Assembly (NCBI GenBank): GCA_041659405.1
Contig: JBAZYK010000002.1
Location: 1 to 32,000 of the forward strand
Length of the DNA: 32,000 bases
Reading direction: 5' to 3'
Source of the DNA: Candidatus Altimarinota bacterium
Lineage (GTDB): Bacteria > Patescibacteriota > Gracilibacteria > UBA1369
Positions within the stretch are counted from its first letter, which is position 1, and each line of letters begins with the position of its first letter. Below, one piece after another: positions 17,362 to 25,799 of the stretch. The position numbers were made by a program, and so were the translations under genes. The notes under the pieces were generated by a model. That model did no database searches, was not told the origin of the DNA, and saw nothing but the letters and a program-made list of their open reading frames with translations.

Positions 17362-18941
17362 AGATACTTCACCATATACGTTCCTTCAAGTTCGTAGCCT
17401 AATTTTTTATAGTATTCGCGAACGCCGATTCCGCTGATTACGGCGAGTTTTTTATAACCGTTCTTTTTGCTGATCTCTTCGGCCTGAAGCATCATCCGTC
17501 TACCCAAACCGATGTGCTGGGAAGCATTATTTTCTCTTCTGGAAATCTCAACCTGCTCGCCATAAGTGTGAACTTCACGGACAAGCGCCGCGCCTTCCAG
17601 CTCTTTAATAAAGTGTTTTTTGCCCTTCAAGCTGTAAGAAGAAAAACGAAGTCTAAGCAAAGCACAAATTTTATCCTTCTTCAGATCATCATAAGTCACA
17701 AAAAATTCCTGTCCTTCCGCGGCTTCCATTGGCTTAATATTCAAGGTCAGATCATTAAAATTCACCTGTTCATCTTTAATTTCCCGACAACGGATACAAC
17801 GACATTCAAGTCCCCTCTTTTTCATTTCGACATCAACAAATTGGCGAAGATTGGACATTTTTGATCCACCCAAAATGGTTGGAGCCGGAATATCCCTGTA
17901 CATTCTTGTCACACGACAATACTCGGGAATTACTCCCGAAATTTTCACCATCAACTCTATCAATTCCGGATCAGAATAAGGCCTATGTTTACCTTCTTTA
18001 TGGATCTTTTCCAATTGTGACCATGGCACAACCATAGTTGGATAAATCTTCATCCAATCAGGACGATAAGCGGGATTAGCAAACATTTCCACCATATCCG
18101 CATAATCAATTTCCGGCGTACTGCCATAAAGATTCGGCATCATGTGGCAATTAATTTTATAAGCCGCATCACGCATAAGCTGAATAGCATGCTTAGTTTC
18201 CGCTATTCCATGGTCGCGCTTATTCATCTTCAAAACTCGATCATTCAAACTCTGAACGCCAATTTCAATTTTGGTACAACCAAGATTTCGCAGACGAATC
18301 AGCTCTTTTTCATCAATGTGATCAGGACGGGTTTCAAAAGACAAGCCAATACAGCGATGCTCAGCCGTTTCATTAATTTTTTGAGCTTCAGCCAAACTAC
18401 GTGATTTTTTTTGAGGATAATTCAAAGCATTAAAAATTCCGCGAGTAAATTCAGTTTGATAACGGTGCGGATAAAAAGAAAAAGTTCCACCGGAAACAAT
18501 CAAATCAATCTTATCGGTTTTATGACCGGTTTTATCCAGACTTTTTAAACGATTGAGTGTCTGTTTATATGGATCAAAATCATTTAAAATAGCCCGCATT
18601 ATAGCCGGTTCATTCGACAAATAACTCTTTGGCATTTCAGGTTCTGTAGGACAAAAAATACAGCGACCGGGACAAGGATAAGCCTTGGTTATAACGGTAA
18701 TTGAAGCAATGCCGGAAAGTGACCTTACTCCCCTTTTTCGCAAAAACTTTAAAAACTTTTCATCATCCGGCAACTCCCCTTCTTTTACAAGGTCACGATA
18801 GACCTGAATAAGCTCCGAGTTTGTCGGGAAACTTTTAACATAGTGGCTCGAAAATTTGCTCTTCAACTCATGCAAGAACTTAGCATCACGTATTTTGCGT
18901 TTATAAGCCTCTTTTACCAGTTGTTTTAGACCTTCCGACAT
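17358..18941 (-). CDS. elp3: Elp3-like radical SAM / GNAT enzyme (tRNA wobble-uridine carboxymethylation family)
   Basis: Radical SAM cysteines in AYPCPGRCIFCPTEPEMPKSYLSNEPA, ISGGTFSF-like LIVSGGTFSFYPHRYQ, CRCIRCREI, C-terminal GNAT region (GLGRRMMLQAEEISKKNGYKKLAVISGIGVREYYKKLGYELEGTYMVK). Confidence 0.93.
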   Translation of the reverse strand: MSEGLKQLVKEAYKRKIRDAKFLHELKSKFSSHYVKSFPTNSELIQVYRDLVKEGELPDDEKFLKFLRKRGVRSLSGIASITVITKAYPCPGRCIFCPTEPEMPKSYLSNEPAIMRAILNDFDPYKQTLNRLKSLDKTGHKTDKIDLIVSGGTFSFYPHRYQTEFTRGIFNALNYPQKKSRSLAEAQKINETAEHRCIGLSFETRPDHIDEKELIRLRNLGCTKIEIGVQSLNDRVLKMNKRDHGIAETKHAIQLMRDAAYKINCHMMPNLYGSTPEIDYADMVEMFANPAYRPDWMKIYPTMVVPWSQLEKIHKEGKHRPYSDPELIELMVKISGVIPEYCRVTRMYRDIPAPTILGGSKMSNLRQFVDVEMKKRGLECRCIRCREIKDEQVNFNDLTLNIKPMEAAEGQEFFVTYDDLKKDKICALLRLRFSSYSLKGKKHFIKELEGAALVREVHTYGEQVEISRRENNASQHIGLGRRMMLQAEEISKKNGYKKLAVISGIGVREYYKKLGYELEGTYMVKYL

Positions 18942-18945
18942 ATCG

Positions 18946-18974
18946 TTGTCTTTTTGAGGTAATAACGGTATAAA
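18946..18974 (+). promoter_or_regulatory. Candidate promoter TTGTCT-17-TATAAA, 5 nt before the methyltransferase ATG
   Basis: -35 18946-18951, -10 18969-18974, ATG 18980. Confidence 0.55.
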
Positions 18975-18979
18975 CTAGA

Positions 18980-19759
18980 ATGAGCCATTGGCCAAAAACA
19001 AGTCATATCGCTCGCCCATTATACGAAAAAATGAGAGAAAATAAAGCAAAAAAGCTCCTTCAGGGCGTTAAAGAAACTTACAATACCATTGCGGAAGAGT
19101 TTTCTGACACACGCCATACCAACTGGGAAGAATTTGAGTTTTTTGCCAAATACCTTGAACCTGACTCGGAAATATTGGATTTAGGATGCGGAAACGGCCG
19201 CCTTATTAAATTTCTGGATCAAAAGACAGTGGGCTTTGAAAAACCGGCCTATCATTATGTTGGAGTTGATAACAGTGAAAACCTGCTTAAAAAAGCGCAA
19301 ACAATCCACGCCAAACAAACCTTTATTTTGGGCGACCAACTGGCGATTCCAATGGCCGAAAACACCATCGACCTTCTTTTCAACATCGCCGCTTTTCATC
19401 ATCTTCCAGACAAGAAATCACAACTTCAAGGTCTGGAAGAAATGAAACGAGTACTCAAAAAAGATGGCTATTTGTTTATTACCGTTTGGAATCTTTGGCA
19501 AAAACGCTACATCAAACCTATTATCAAAACCCTGCTTAAGTGTATCTTTACTTTAGGATATTACCGCTTTAATGACCTTTTTATTCCCTGGGGGAAAAGT
19601 AAAATTCCACGCTATTATCATGCCTTTTTACCATCAGAATTTGAAAAACGGATACAGGAATCAGGACTGGAAATCGTTGAGATTTTTGCAGTAAAAAACG
19701 GCCAAAAAGTACACCTGAAAGAAAGCAATAATATTTGTTTGATAGCGCGAAAAATATGA
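18980..19759 (+). CDS. Class I SAM-dependent methyltransferase with Trm9/ALKBH8-MTase-like features
   Basis: VKETYNTIAEEFSDTRHTNWEEFEFFAKYLEPDSEILDLGCGNGRLIKFL; FNIAAFHHLPDKKSQLQGLEEMKRVLKKDGYLFITVWNLWQK; DLFIPWGKSKIPRYYHAFLPSEFEKRI. Confidence 0.85.
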   Translation: MSHWPKTSHIARPLYEKMRENKAKKLLQGVKETYNTIAEEFSDTRHTNWEEFEFFAKYLEPDSEILDLGCGNGRLIKFLDQKTVGFEKPAYHYVGVDNSENLLKKAQTIHAKQTFILGDQLAIPMAENTIDLLFNIAAFHHLPDKKSQLQGLEEMKRVLKKDGYLFITVWNLWQKRYIKPIIKTLLKCIFTLGYYRFNDLFIPWGKSKIPRYYHAFLPSEFEKRIQESGLEIVEIFAVKNGQKVHLKESNNICLIARKI

Positions 19760-20520
19760 AAGAACGCATCACCATCATGAATGTCCCTTTTGATCGAGTA
19801 ACAGCCAAAGAGGCGCTGGCTATTACGTTAGAAAAACTCGACGGAAACAAACAAACCACAAACGGAAAACACCAACCTTTTTTTATTGCGACTCCAAATC
19901 CGGAAATGCTTTTGGCGGCCCGAAAAAATGAAAGGTTTTTAAAAATACTTCAAACCGAAACTGATCTAAATATTCCCGATGGAATTGGTATTATTTTCGC
20001 CTCCAAATTAAGTAAAAATTCCTTGCCACAGCGAGTTACAGGAACGGACTTAATGCAGGCCATTTGCCATTTTGCCCCCAAAGGAACAAAAATTTTTCTT
20101 TTAGGTGCAGCCGAAGGTGTAGCTGAAAAAGTTAAAGCAAAACTTCAAAAAAAATATCCCCAAATACAGATAGTTGGAACACACAGCGGATCACCCGCCC
20201 CCGAAGAAGCAGAAAAAATCAGGAATCTTATTCAAAAAAGTGAAGCTGACATTCTATTTATAGCCTTTGGGGCGCCAAAACAGGAACTTTGGTTATCCGA
20301 AAATCTTTCTCATTTAAAAAATCTTAAAATAGCCATGGGCGTTGGCGGAGCTTTTGATTTTGTTGCCGAAATTAGAAAAAGAGCACCCCGCCTTATGCGT
20401 AAACTTGGCCTTGAATGGCTCTTTAGACTTGTAATTGAACCAAGCAGGTTCAAAAGAATCTACAACGCTACAATCAAATTTCCTTTGCTATTTTTAAAGC
20501 AAAAAATCACCGGAAAATAA
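19756..20520 (+). CDS. WecG/TagA/CpsF family glycosyltransferase (GT26)
   Basis: TPNPEMLLAARKNERFLKIL, LNIPDGIGIIFASKL, RVTGTDLM, FLLGAAEGVAEKVKAKLQKKYPQIQIVGTHSGSP, FIAFGAPKQELWLSEN, MGVGGAFDFVAEIRKRAPRLMRKLGLEWLFRL. ATGA overlap with the upstream gene. Confidence 0.93.
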   Translation: MKERITIMNVPFDRVTAKEALAITLEKLDGNKQTTNGKHQPFFIATPNPEMLLAARKNERFLKILQTETDLNIPDGIGIIFASKLSKNSLPQRVTGTDLMQAICHFAPKGTKIFLLGAAEGVAEKVKAKLQKKYPQIQIVGTHSGSPAPEEAEKIRNLIQKSEADILFIAFGAPKQELWLSENLSHLKNLKIAMGVGGAFDFVAEIRKRAPRLMRKLGLEWLFRLVIEPSRFKRIYNATIKFPLLFLKQKITGK

Positions 20521-20531
20521 TAGCACTAAAT

Positions 20532-21797
20532 TTATTTGTCAGATCTTAAGGCTTCAATCGGTTGCAAACCGGCTGCCTTTCTGGCAGGCCCAACTCCAAA
20601 GACTAAACCGAATCCCAATGTTACAATAAAACCGATTAAAACCGAATAGGCTGAAACCACCATATTCAATTGCGTACCGGTCTGTGCCGCCACAAAATTG
20701 ATCAGGATACTCATCAAGAATCCAAGAAAAATTCCCAAAAGGCCCCCTAAAAGCGTTATTGTTAAAGCCTCGATCAAAAACTGAAAAAGAATATCTTTTC
20801 GGCGTGCCCCAATAGCCTTACGTAATCCAATCTCAGCAATTCTTTCCGTAACACTCACATACATAATATTCATAATTCCCACTCCCCCAACAATTAACGA
20901 GATCGACGCAATTGCCCCAAAAAGCAATGATACGGCAGAGAAAACCACCCCAATAATGTTCATGGCATCTTCCGAAGATTGCACCGTAAAATCATCTTTC
21001 TTAAGATCATTCCCCCGTATTCCATGCTGCCTACGCAAAAATCTGCGAATGTCATCCGAAGTTATATCGGTCAAAGTCGCATCCTTTAATTGAGCCACAA
21101 AATAAGTCATGTAATCATAGCCCAAAAGCGCTTTCTGCGCCGTTTTAATGGGAATATAAACATATTCATCATAATTTTGAAACATAGCGGCTCCACGCTT
21201 TTCCATTACTCCAATCACCTTAAAATTCAAATTCCGCACCCGTATTGTTTTACCAATCGGATTTTCACTGCCAAAAAGATCTTCTTTAATTGTTTGACCG
21301 ATGACAACAACCTTAGCCAAACTATCATTTTCAATATCATTAAAAAATCTACCTACCTGAAGTTTGCTTTTATCGATATTCATAAAACTTGCCATCGTTC
21401 CGGTTATCATGGAACTTCTGGATTTATCTCTATAAACAAGTTTCTCTTGGGCAAAAACAGCCCCATAACTATCTTTAACATTGGGAATCTTTTTTACTCC
21501 ATCCACATCCGCTATTTTTAAAGTTTTAATTTGAATACCGGTAGCAATAGCCGCACCTGAAGCCGCCATATCTGTATTTGGAACTTTCACCTCGACAAAA
21601 ACCGTATCAGAACCAAAAGAGGCCAACTGATCCCTAATAAATCCCTCGGCAGCATTGGAAATCCCTAAAACCAGAATTAAAGTTGAAATACCAATCACAA
21701 TACCCAAAACCGAAAGAATTGTTCTCATACGATTTTTTTTGAGAGCATCAAACGATAAACCAAACAAATCCTGAATGCGTAATGAACGTTTTTTCAT
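20532..21797 (-). CDS. ABC transporter permease, MacB/FtsX type (MacB_PCD + FtsX)
   Basis: ILSVLGIVIGISTLILVLGISNAAEGFI; VGGVGIMNIMYVSVTERIAEIGLRKAIGARRKDILFQFLIEA; C-terminal AARKAAGLQPIEALRSD. Confidence 0.93.
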   Translation of the reverse strand: MKKRSLRIQDLFGLSFDALKKNRMRTILSVLGIVIGISTLILVLGISNAAEGFIRDQLASFGSDTVFVEVKVPNTDMAASGAAIATGIQIKTLKIADVDGVKKIPNVKDSYGAVFAQEKLVYRDKSRSSMITGTMASFMNIDKSKLQVGRFFNDIENDSLAKVVVIGQTIKEDLFGSENPIGKTIRVRNLNFKVIGVMEKRGAAMFQNYDEYVYIPIKTAQKALLGYDYMTYFVAQLKDATLTDITSDDIRRFLRRQHGIRGNDLKKDDFTVQSSEDAMNIIGVVFSAVSLLFGAIASISLIVGGVGIMNIMYVSVTERIAEIGLRKAIGARRKDILFQFLIEALTITLLGGLLGIFLGFLMSILINFVAAQTGTQLNMVVSAYSVLIGFIVTLGFGLVFGVGPARKAAGLQPIEALRSDK

Positions 21798-21805
21798 AAA
21801 ATTAA

Positions 21806-23050
21806 TTATTCGTAACGCAAAGCTTCAATTGCCGGCAATTTGGAAGCCTTGGAAGCTGGATAATAACCAAAAATAATTCCAATGACCTGACAAACCAAAA
21901 CCCCAACAACAATCGCAGTAATAGAAAAAGATAAATCCCAATAATATCCCATACTTCTAATCACCAGTGCAATGATGAATGTGATCAACATACCAAAGAC
22001 AATCCCAATCATTCCACCACAAGTCGTCACAAAAGCCGCTTCAATCAAAAACTGATTACGGATATGAAAAGGTTTGGCCCCAATTGCTTTACGCAAACCG
22101 ATTTCACGGGTTCTTTCTGTTACTGAAACCAACATTACATTCATGATCCCAATTCCACCAACCAACAAAGAAATAGCCGCAACCGCAGCCAACACAAACT
22201 TAATAATATTGGTGATATTTTGAATAGTCATGAGCGCTTGATTGGCACTAACAACCGTAAAATCATCATCATCCGGATTTTTTATGTGATGACGAATGCG
22301 CAAAGTCCTTTGCATATCGGCAATAACCTGATCAACATTTTCATCAGAATCAACTTTACCACGAATTATTCCAACATAATTTTCACCAAGCATAATCTTT
22401 TGTGCAGTACTAACAGGTATAAAAACCTGATTATCAAGATTTTGAAAACCGACTACTCCCTTTGGCTGAAAAACACCAATTACATGGAATTTTTCATTAC
22501 CAACCCGAATAGTTTTACCAATTGGATCTTCCAAACCAAATAAATCAGCCCTAACTTTGCTCCCCAAAACCACCACCTTTGAAAGGTTTTTTTCTTCTTG
22601 AGCATTTAAAAAACGTCCAAGATCGATTTTTTGATCAATTACTTTAGGATACTGAGCCATCACTCCAAAAAAAGGTACATTCACACTTTTATTAAAATAA
22701 GAAACCTGCTCCTGCCCACGAGCATAAGCAGAAATCGCCGTTAGATGCTGAATCGCATTTGGACCAGTCACCATTGCCACCGCATCTTCATACTTTAAAG
22801 TTGTAATCACAACGCCCAAAACCGCCGCCGGTGGCCCATTATCCCCACCTTTTCCCGGCAAAACTCCCACTAAATTTGTTCCCAAACTTTGAATTTGATT
22901 ATAAATAAGACTTTGAGCCCCACCACCTGCCGAAACAATAATAATCACAGCAGAAACGCCAATAATAATACCAAGCATCGTCATCAATGATCGACTTTTA
23001 TTAGTCAAAAGGCCCGTCCACGCTAGTTTTATGACATTTAATAAGTCCAT
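21806..23050 (-). CDS. ABC transporter permease, MacB/FtsX type (paralogue of the neighbouring permease)
   Basis: MLGIIIGVSAVIIIVSAGGGAQ; VGGIGIMNVMLVSVTERTREIGLRKAIGAKPFHIRNQFLIEA; PASKASKLPAIEALRYE. Confidence 0.93.
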   Translation of the reverse strand: MDLLNVIKLAWTGLLTNKSRSLMTMLGIIIGVSAVIIIVSAGGGAQSLIYNQIQSLGTNLVGVLPGKGGDNGPPAAVLGVVITTLKYEDAVAMVTGPNAIQHLTAISAYARGQEQVSYFNKSVNVPFFGVMAQYPKVIDQKIDLGRFLNAQEEKNLSKVVVLGSKVRADLFGLEDPIGKTIRVGNEKFHVIGVFQPKGVVGFQNLDNQVFIPVSTAQKIMLGENYVGIIRGKVDSDENVDQVIADMQRTLRIRHHIKNPDDDDFTVVSANQALMTIQNITNIIKFVLAAVAAISLLVGGIGIMNVMLVSVTERTREIGLRKAIGAKPFHIRNQFLIEAAFVTTCGGMIGIVFGMLITFIIALVIRSMGYYWDLSFSITAIVVGVLVCQVIGIIFGYYPASKASKLPAIEALRYE

Positions 23051-23052
23051 TG

Positions 23053-23748
23053 TTAATTTAATACATCAGAAAGAACCTGACCATCACGAAGAGTGATAAT
23101 ACGCTTTGCACTCCGCGCAATATCCACCTCATGAGTCACAAGAATAATTGTTTTACCTTCGGCGTTAAGCTTTCTAAAAAGCTCAATGATTTCATGTGAA
23201 GCCTGAGTATCAAGATTACCGGTTGGTTCATCAGCCAAAATCAACTTTGGATTAGTTATTAAAGCTCGAGCAATAGCCACGCGTTGCTGTTGACCACCTG
23301 AAAGCTCATTCGGTTTATGAGACATGCGATCACCAAGTCCAACTCTCTTTAAAGCCTCTTCCGCCCTCTGCTTTTGTTCAAAAAATGGAACACCCTGATA
23401 AATCAGCGGCAAACGAACATTGTCTATAGCGGTAGTTCTTGGCAACAAATTAAAAGCCTGAAACACGAATCCAACTTTTTCACTGCGAATATCAGCCAAC
23501 TCATCCTCTTCATAAACTGTTGTATTGCGGGAATCAAAAACATAGTCACCTGTACTTGGAGAATCCAAAAAACCCAAAATATGCATCAAAGTTGACTTGC
23601 CTGAGCCGGATTGCCCAATGATCGCGACATAGTCACCTTCATTGATAGAAAACGAAACCCCTCGAAGTGCCTGTGTAACAATGCTATTTTCCCCCTCACC
23701 CATAAGGTATTCTTTACGAATATCCCGCAGTGAAATCAAAACACTCAT
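23053..23748 (-). CDS. ABC transporter ATP-binding protein (MacB/LolD-like)
   Basis: Walker A GQSGSGKSTLMHILG, signature LSGGQQQRVAIARAL, Walker B LILADEPTGNLD, H-loop ILVTHE. Confidence 0.95.
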   Translation of the reverse strand: MSVLISLRDIRKEYLMGEGENSIVTQALRGVSFSINEGDYVAIIGQSGSGKSTLMHILGFLDSPSTGDYVFDSRNTTVYEEDELADIRSEKVGFVFQAFNLLPRTTAIDNVRLPLIYQGVPFFEQKQRAEEALKRVGLGDRMSHKPNELSGGQQQRVAIARALITNPKLILADEPTGNLDTQASHEIIELFRKLNAEGKTIILVTHEVDIARSAKRIITLRDGQVLSDVLN

Positions 23749-23760
23749 AAATATAATTAA

Positions 23761-25299
23761 TTAATTCTTGGTAAACGTCACTACCTGCTCACCTTCATTC
23801 AAACCCGAAACAATTTCTACATTTTCATCACCCTGAATTCCTGTAGCCACATTGCGTTTTTCAACCTGTTCCTTGTCGGAAGAATCTTTTTTCAAAACCT
23901 GAACATAAGCCTGATTACCTTCATACTGGATTGCACGAACAGGAACCATTAAAGCATCCATCTTCGTCTTTGTCTGAATGGTTAAATTTGCCGTCATACC
24001 CGGCTTAATTTGTTCAGATGGATTTTGAATCAAGACCTTCACTTCATAATAAATTACACCTTGAACAACCGTTTCAGCCGGTGAAACTTCAATAACATTA
24101 CCTGTAAATTCGCTGCTTATATCCAAAGCATCAAAAGTCATCTTTACACTTTCATTTTTTTGAATTTTGGCGATATCCGCTTCAGAAACCAAAGCTTTTA
24201 CATTCAATCCATCACTATCCATCACAACAAAAGCCTGTGCTGAAGAAACGACTTCACCGGGATTATAATTGATTTTTGCAATCACGCCATTCGCAGGTGC
24301 CTTTAATTCTGTCTGACTAACCCTGTACTGGGCCAAATGAACTGAATCCCAAGCCTGATCAACTTGCGCCTTTAATGACGCCACATCAACGTTACGGGGC
24401 GTTGCCTGAGTCAAATTTAATTGTTCTTGAGCACTCTGAACGCCAATTCCAGCTTTATTCACGGTAGAATTAAGATCGTTGAGCTGTCTATTATAATCAG
24501 CTGCCGCCTTCTGATAATTATTTTGAGCCTGCTGCAAAGCAAGTTGAGCTTGTGTTAATGCACTTTGTGCCTCATCCATTGATCTTTGATTTTGCATTGA
24601 TTGTTGCTGAGCCTGACCGGCTAAATAATCATTAATTGGCTGAAACAAATCTCCAAAACCGGTTGCTGAACCTGACATTGATGTCGAATCTGGAAACATT
24701 GAAGCCGTGGAAGAAACTTGCCTTCCGGTTGTGTCATTATTAGCCAAGAAAGCCACTCCTTGCAAAGCGGAATTATAACTTTGACTGGCTTGATCAAGAG
24801 AAATCCTGGCAGTTTCCAAATTACTTCTTGCAATCGATATTAATGAATTTTGATTCTGAAGAGCACTATTATAATCCTGTTTAGCAAGATCAACTTTAAA
24901 TTTACCCAAATTTACTTCTTCGTTTCTTGGACCGGAAAGAGCTTTTGCCAAATTAGCCTGAGAAATATGTAAAGCTGAAGTTTGAGCCTGAAGTCCAATT
25001 GCCAAATCGCCACCCTCCAATTTTGCGAGTACGTCACCTAATTTCACTCTATCACCTTCATGCACTAAAACCGCATCAAGAGTCCCCATAATAGGAAACT
25101 GCAGTTGATAACGAACCTGTGACTCAGTTGTGCCAGTAACACTAACAGTCTGTGAAATAGTTCCCTTGGCCACTTGGGCTGTAACATATTCAGGCCCCTT
25201 TGTTCCTGTAAAAAAACGAGAAACAATGAACCCAACAATCACCAAGCCAATTGCTACATAAAGGACAATTCTTAAAATACGGCCATTTTTTACTGTCAT
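23761..25299 (-). CDS. HlyD/MacA-type membrane-fusion adaptor protein
   Basis: N-terminal TM, biotinyl-lipoyl-like half motifs (PIMGTLDAVLVHEGDRVKLGDVLAKLE; APANGVIAKINYNPGEVVSSAQAF), long coiled coil, IKPGMTANLTIQTKTKMDALMVPVRAIQ. Confidence 0.92.
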   Translation of the reverse strand: MTVKNGRILRIVLYVAIGLVIVGFIVSRFFTGTKGPEYVTAQVAKGTISQTVSVTGTTESQVRYQLQFPIMGTLDAVLVHEGDRVKLGDVLAKLEGGDLAIGLQAQTSALHISQANLAKALSGPRNEEVNLGKFKVDLAKQDYNSALQNQNSLISIARSNLETARISLDQASQSYNSALQGVAFLANNDTTGRQVSSTASMFPDSTSMSGSATGFGDLFQPINDYLAGQAQQQSMQNQRSMDEAQSALTQAQLALQQAQNNYQKAAADYNRQLNDLNSTVNKAGIGVQSAQEQLNLTQATPRNVDVASLKAQVDQAWDSVHLAQYRVSQTELKAPANGVIAKINYNPGEVVSSAQAFVVMDSDGLNVKALVSEADIAKIQKNESVKMTFDALDISSEFTGNVIEVSPAETVVQGVIYYEVKVLIQNPSEQIKPGMTANLTIQTKTKMDALMVPVRAIQYEGNQAYVQVLKKDSSDKEQVEKRNVATGIQGDENVEIVSGLNEGEQVVTFTKN

Positions 25300-25330
25300 A
25301 GAAAATTCAAAAGTTATATTAAAGGATCAT

Positions 25331-25358
25331 ACTTTAATACTTTAACATAAAAAGTCAA
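25331..25358 (-). promoter_or_regulatory. Candidate promoter for the adaptor/ABC genes (TTGACT-16-TAAAGT) with a tandem TTAAAGTA repeat
   Basis: Minus strand GCTTGACTTTTTATGTTAAAGTATTAAAGTATG. Confidence 0.5.
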
Positions 25359-25435
25359 GCATTTTAGGCTTTTATATCGGTTTAAACCACGAAAACCAAC
25401 TAAAAAATCAATAATTTGGAAAATTAGCCAAAACT

Positions 25436-25741
25436 CTACTTCTTATTTTTAAACTTACTGGCTGATTTCTGGACAATTTTACTCACATTATCTTCAAGCT
25501 GATGTCGTTTTTGCTGAATAGCATCAATCATCGGTTTCACATGTTCAACTACCTGACTTATTAAAGCCAAAGGTTGCAATACATAATCATTTACACGCTC
25601 CGCCGTATCACGAGCACTGTCAGTTATCTTATTAACATCACGCAAAATCTGCATGAAGTAAATTAAAGTTACACAGATAAAAATCACCAACAACAAAAAC
25701 CCCACACCAAGCGCAATGTAAAGAAAAGCCAATGGATCCAT
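25436..25741 (-). CDS. Small single-TM protein with a coiled-coil/amphipathic tail
   Basis: LAFLYIALGVGFLLLVIFICVTLIYFMQILRDVNKITDSARDTAERV... Confidence 0.75.
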   Translation of the reverse strand: MDPLAFLYIALGVGFLLLVIFICVTLIYFMQILRDVNKITDSARDTAERVNDYVLQPLALISQVVEHVKPMIDAIQQKRHQLEDNVSKIVQKSASKFKNKK

Positions 25742-25799
25742 ATTATTTATTTGTTAAGAATTAAATTTATTTTGATATTTTATTATTATTTTTAAAACA

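Noticed and set aside
19756-19759. Possible UGA recoding as glycine, as in Gracilibacteria/SR1.
   Set aside because: The TGA ends the methyltransferase at a normal C-terminal position within a classic ATGA coupling, and major housekeeping proteins read through with no in-frame UGA needed. Standard code fits.
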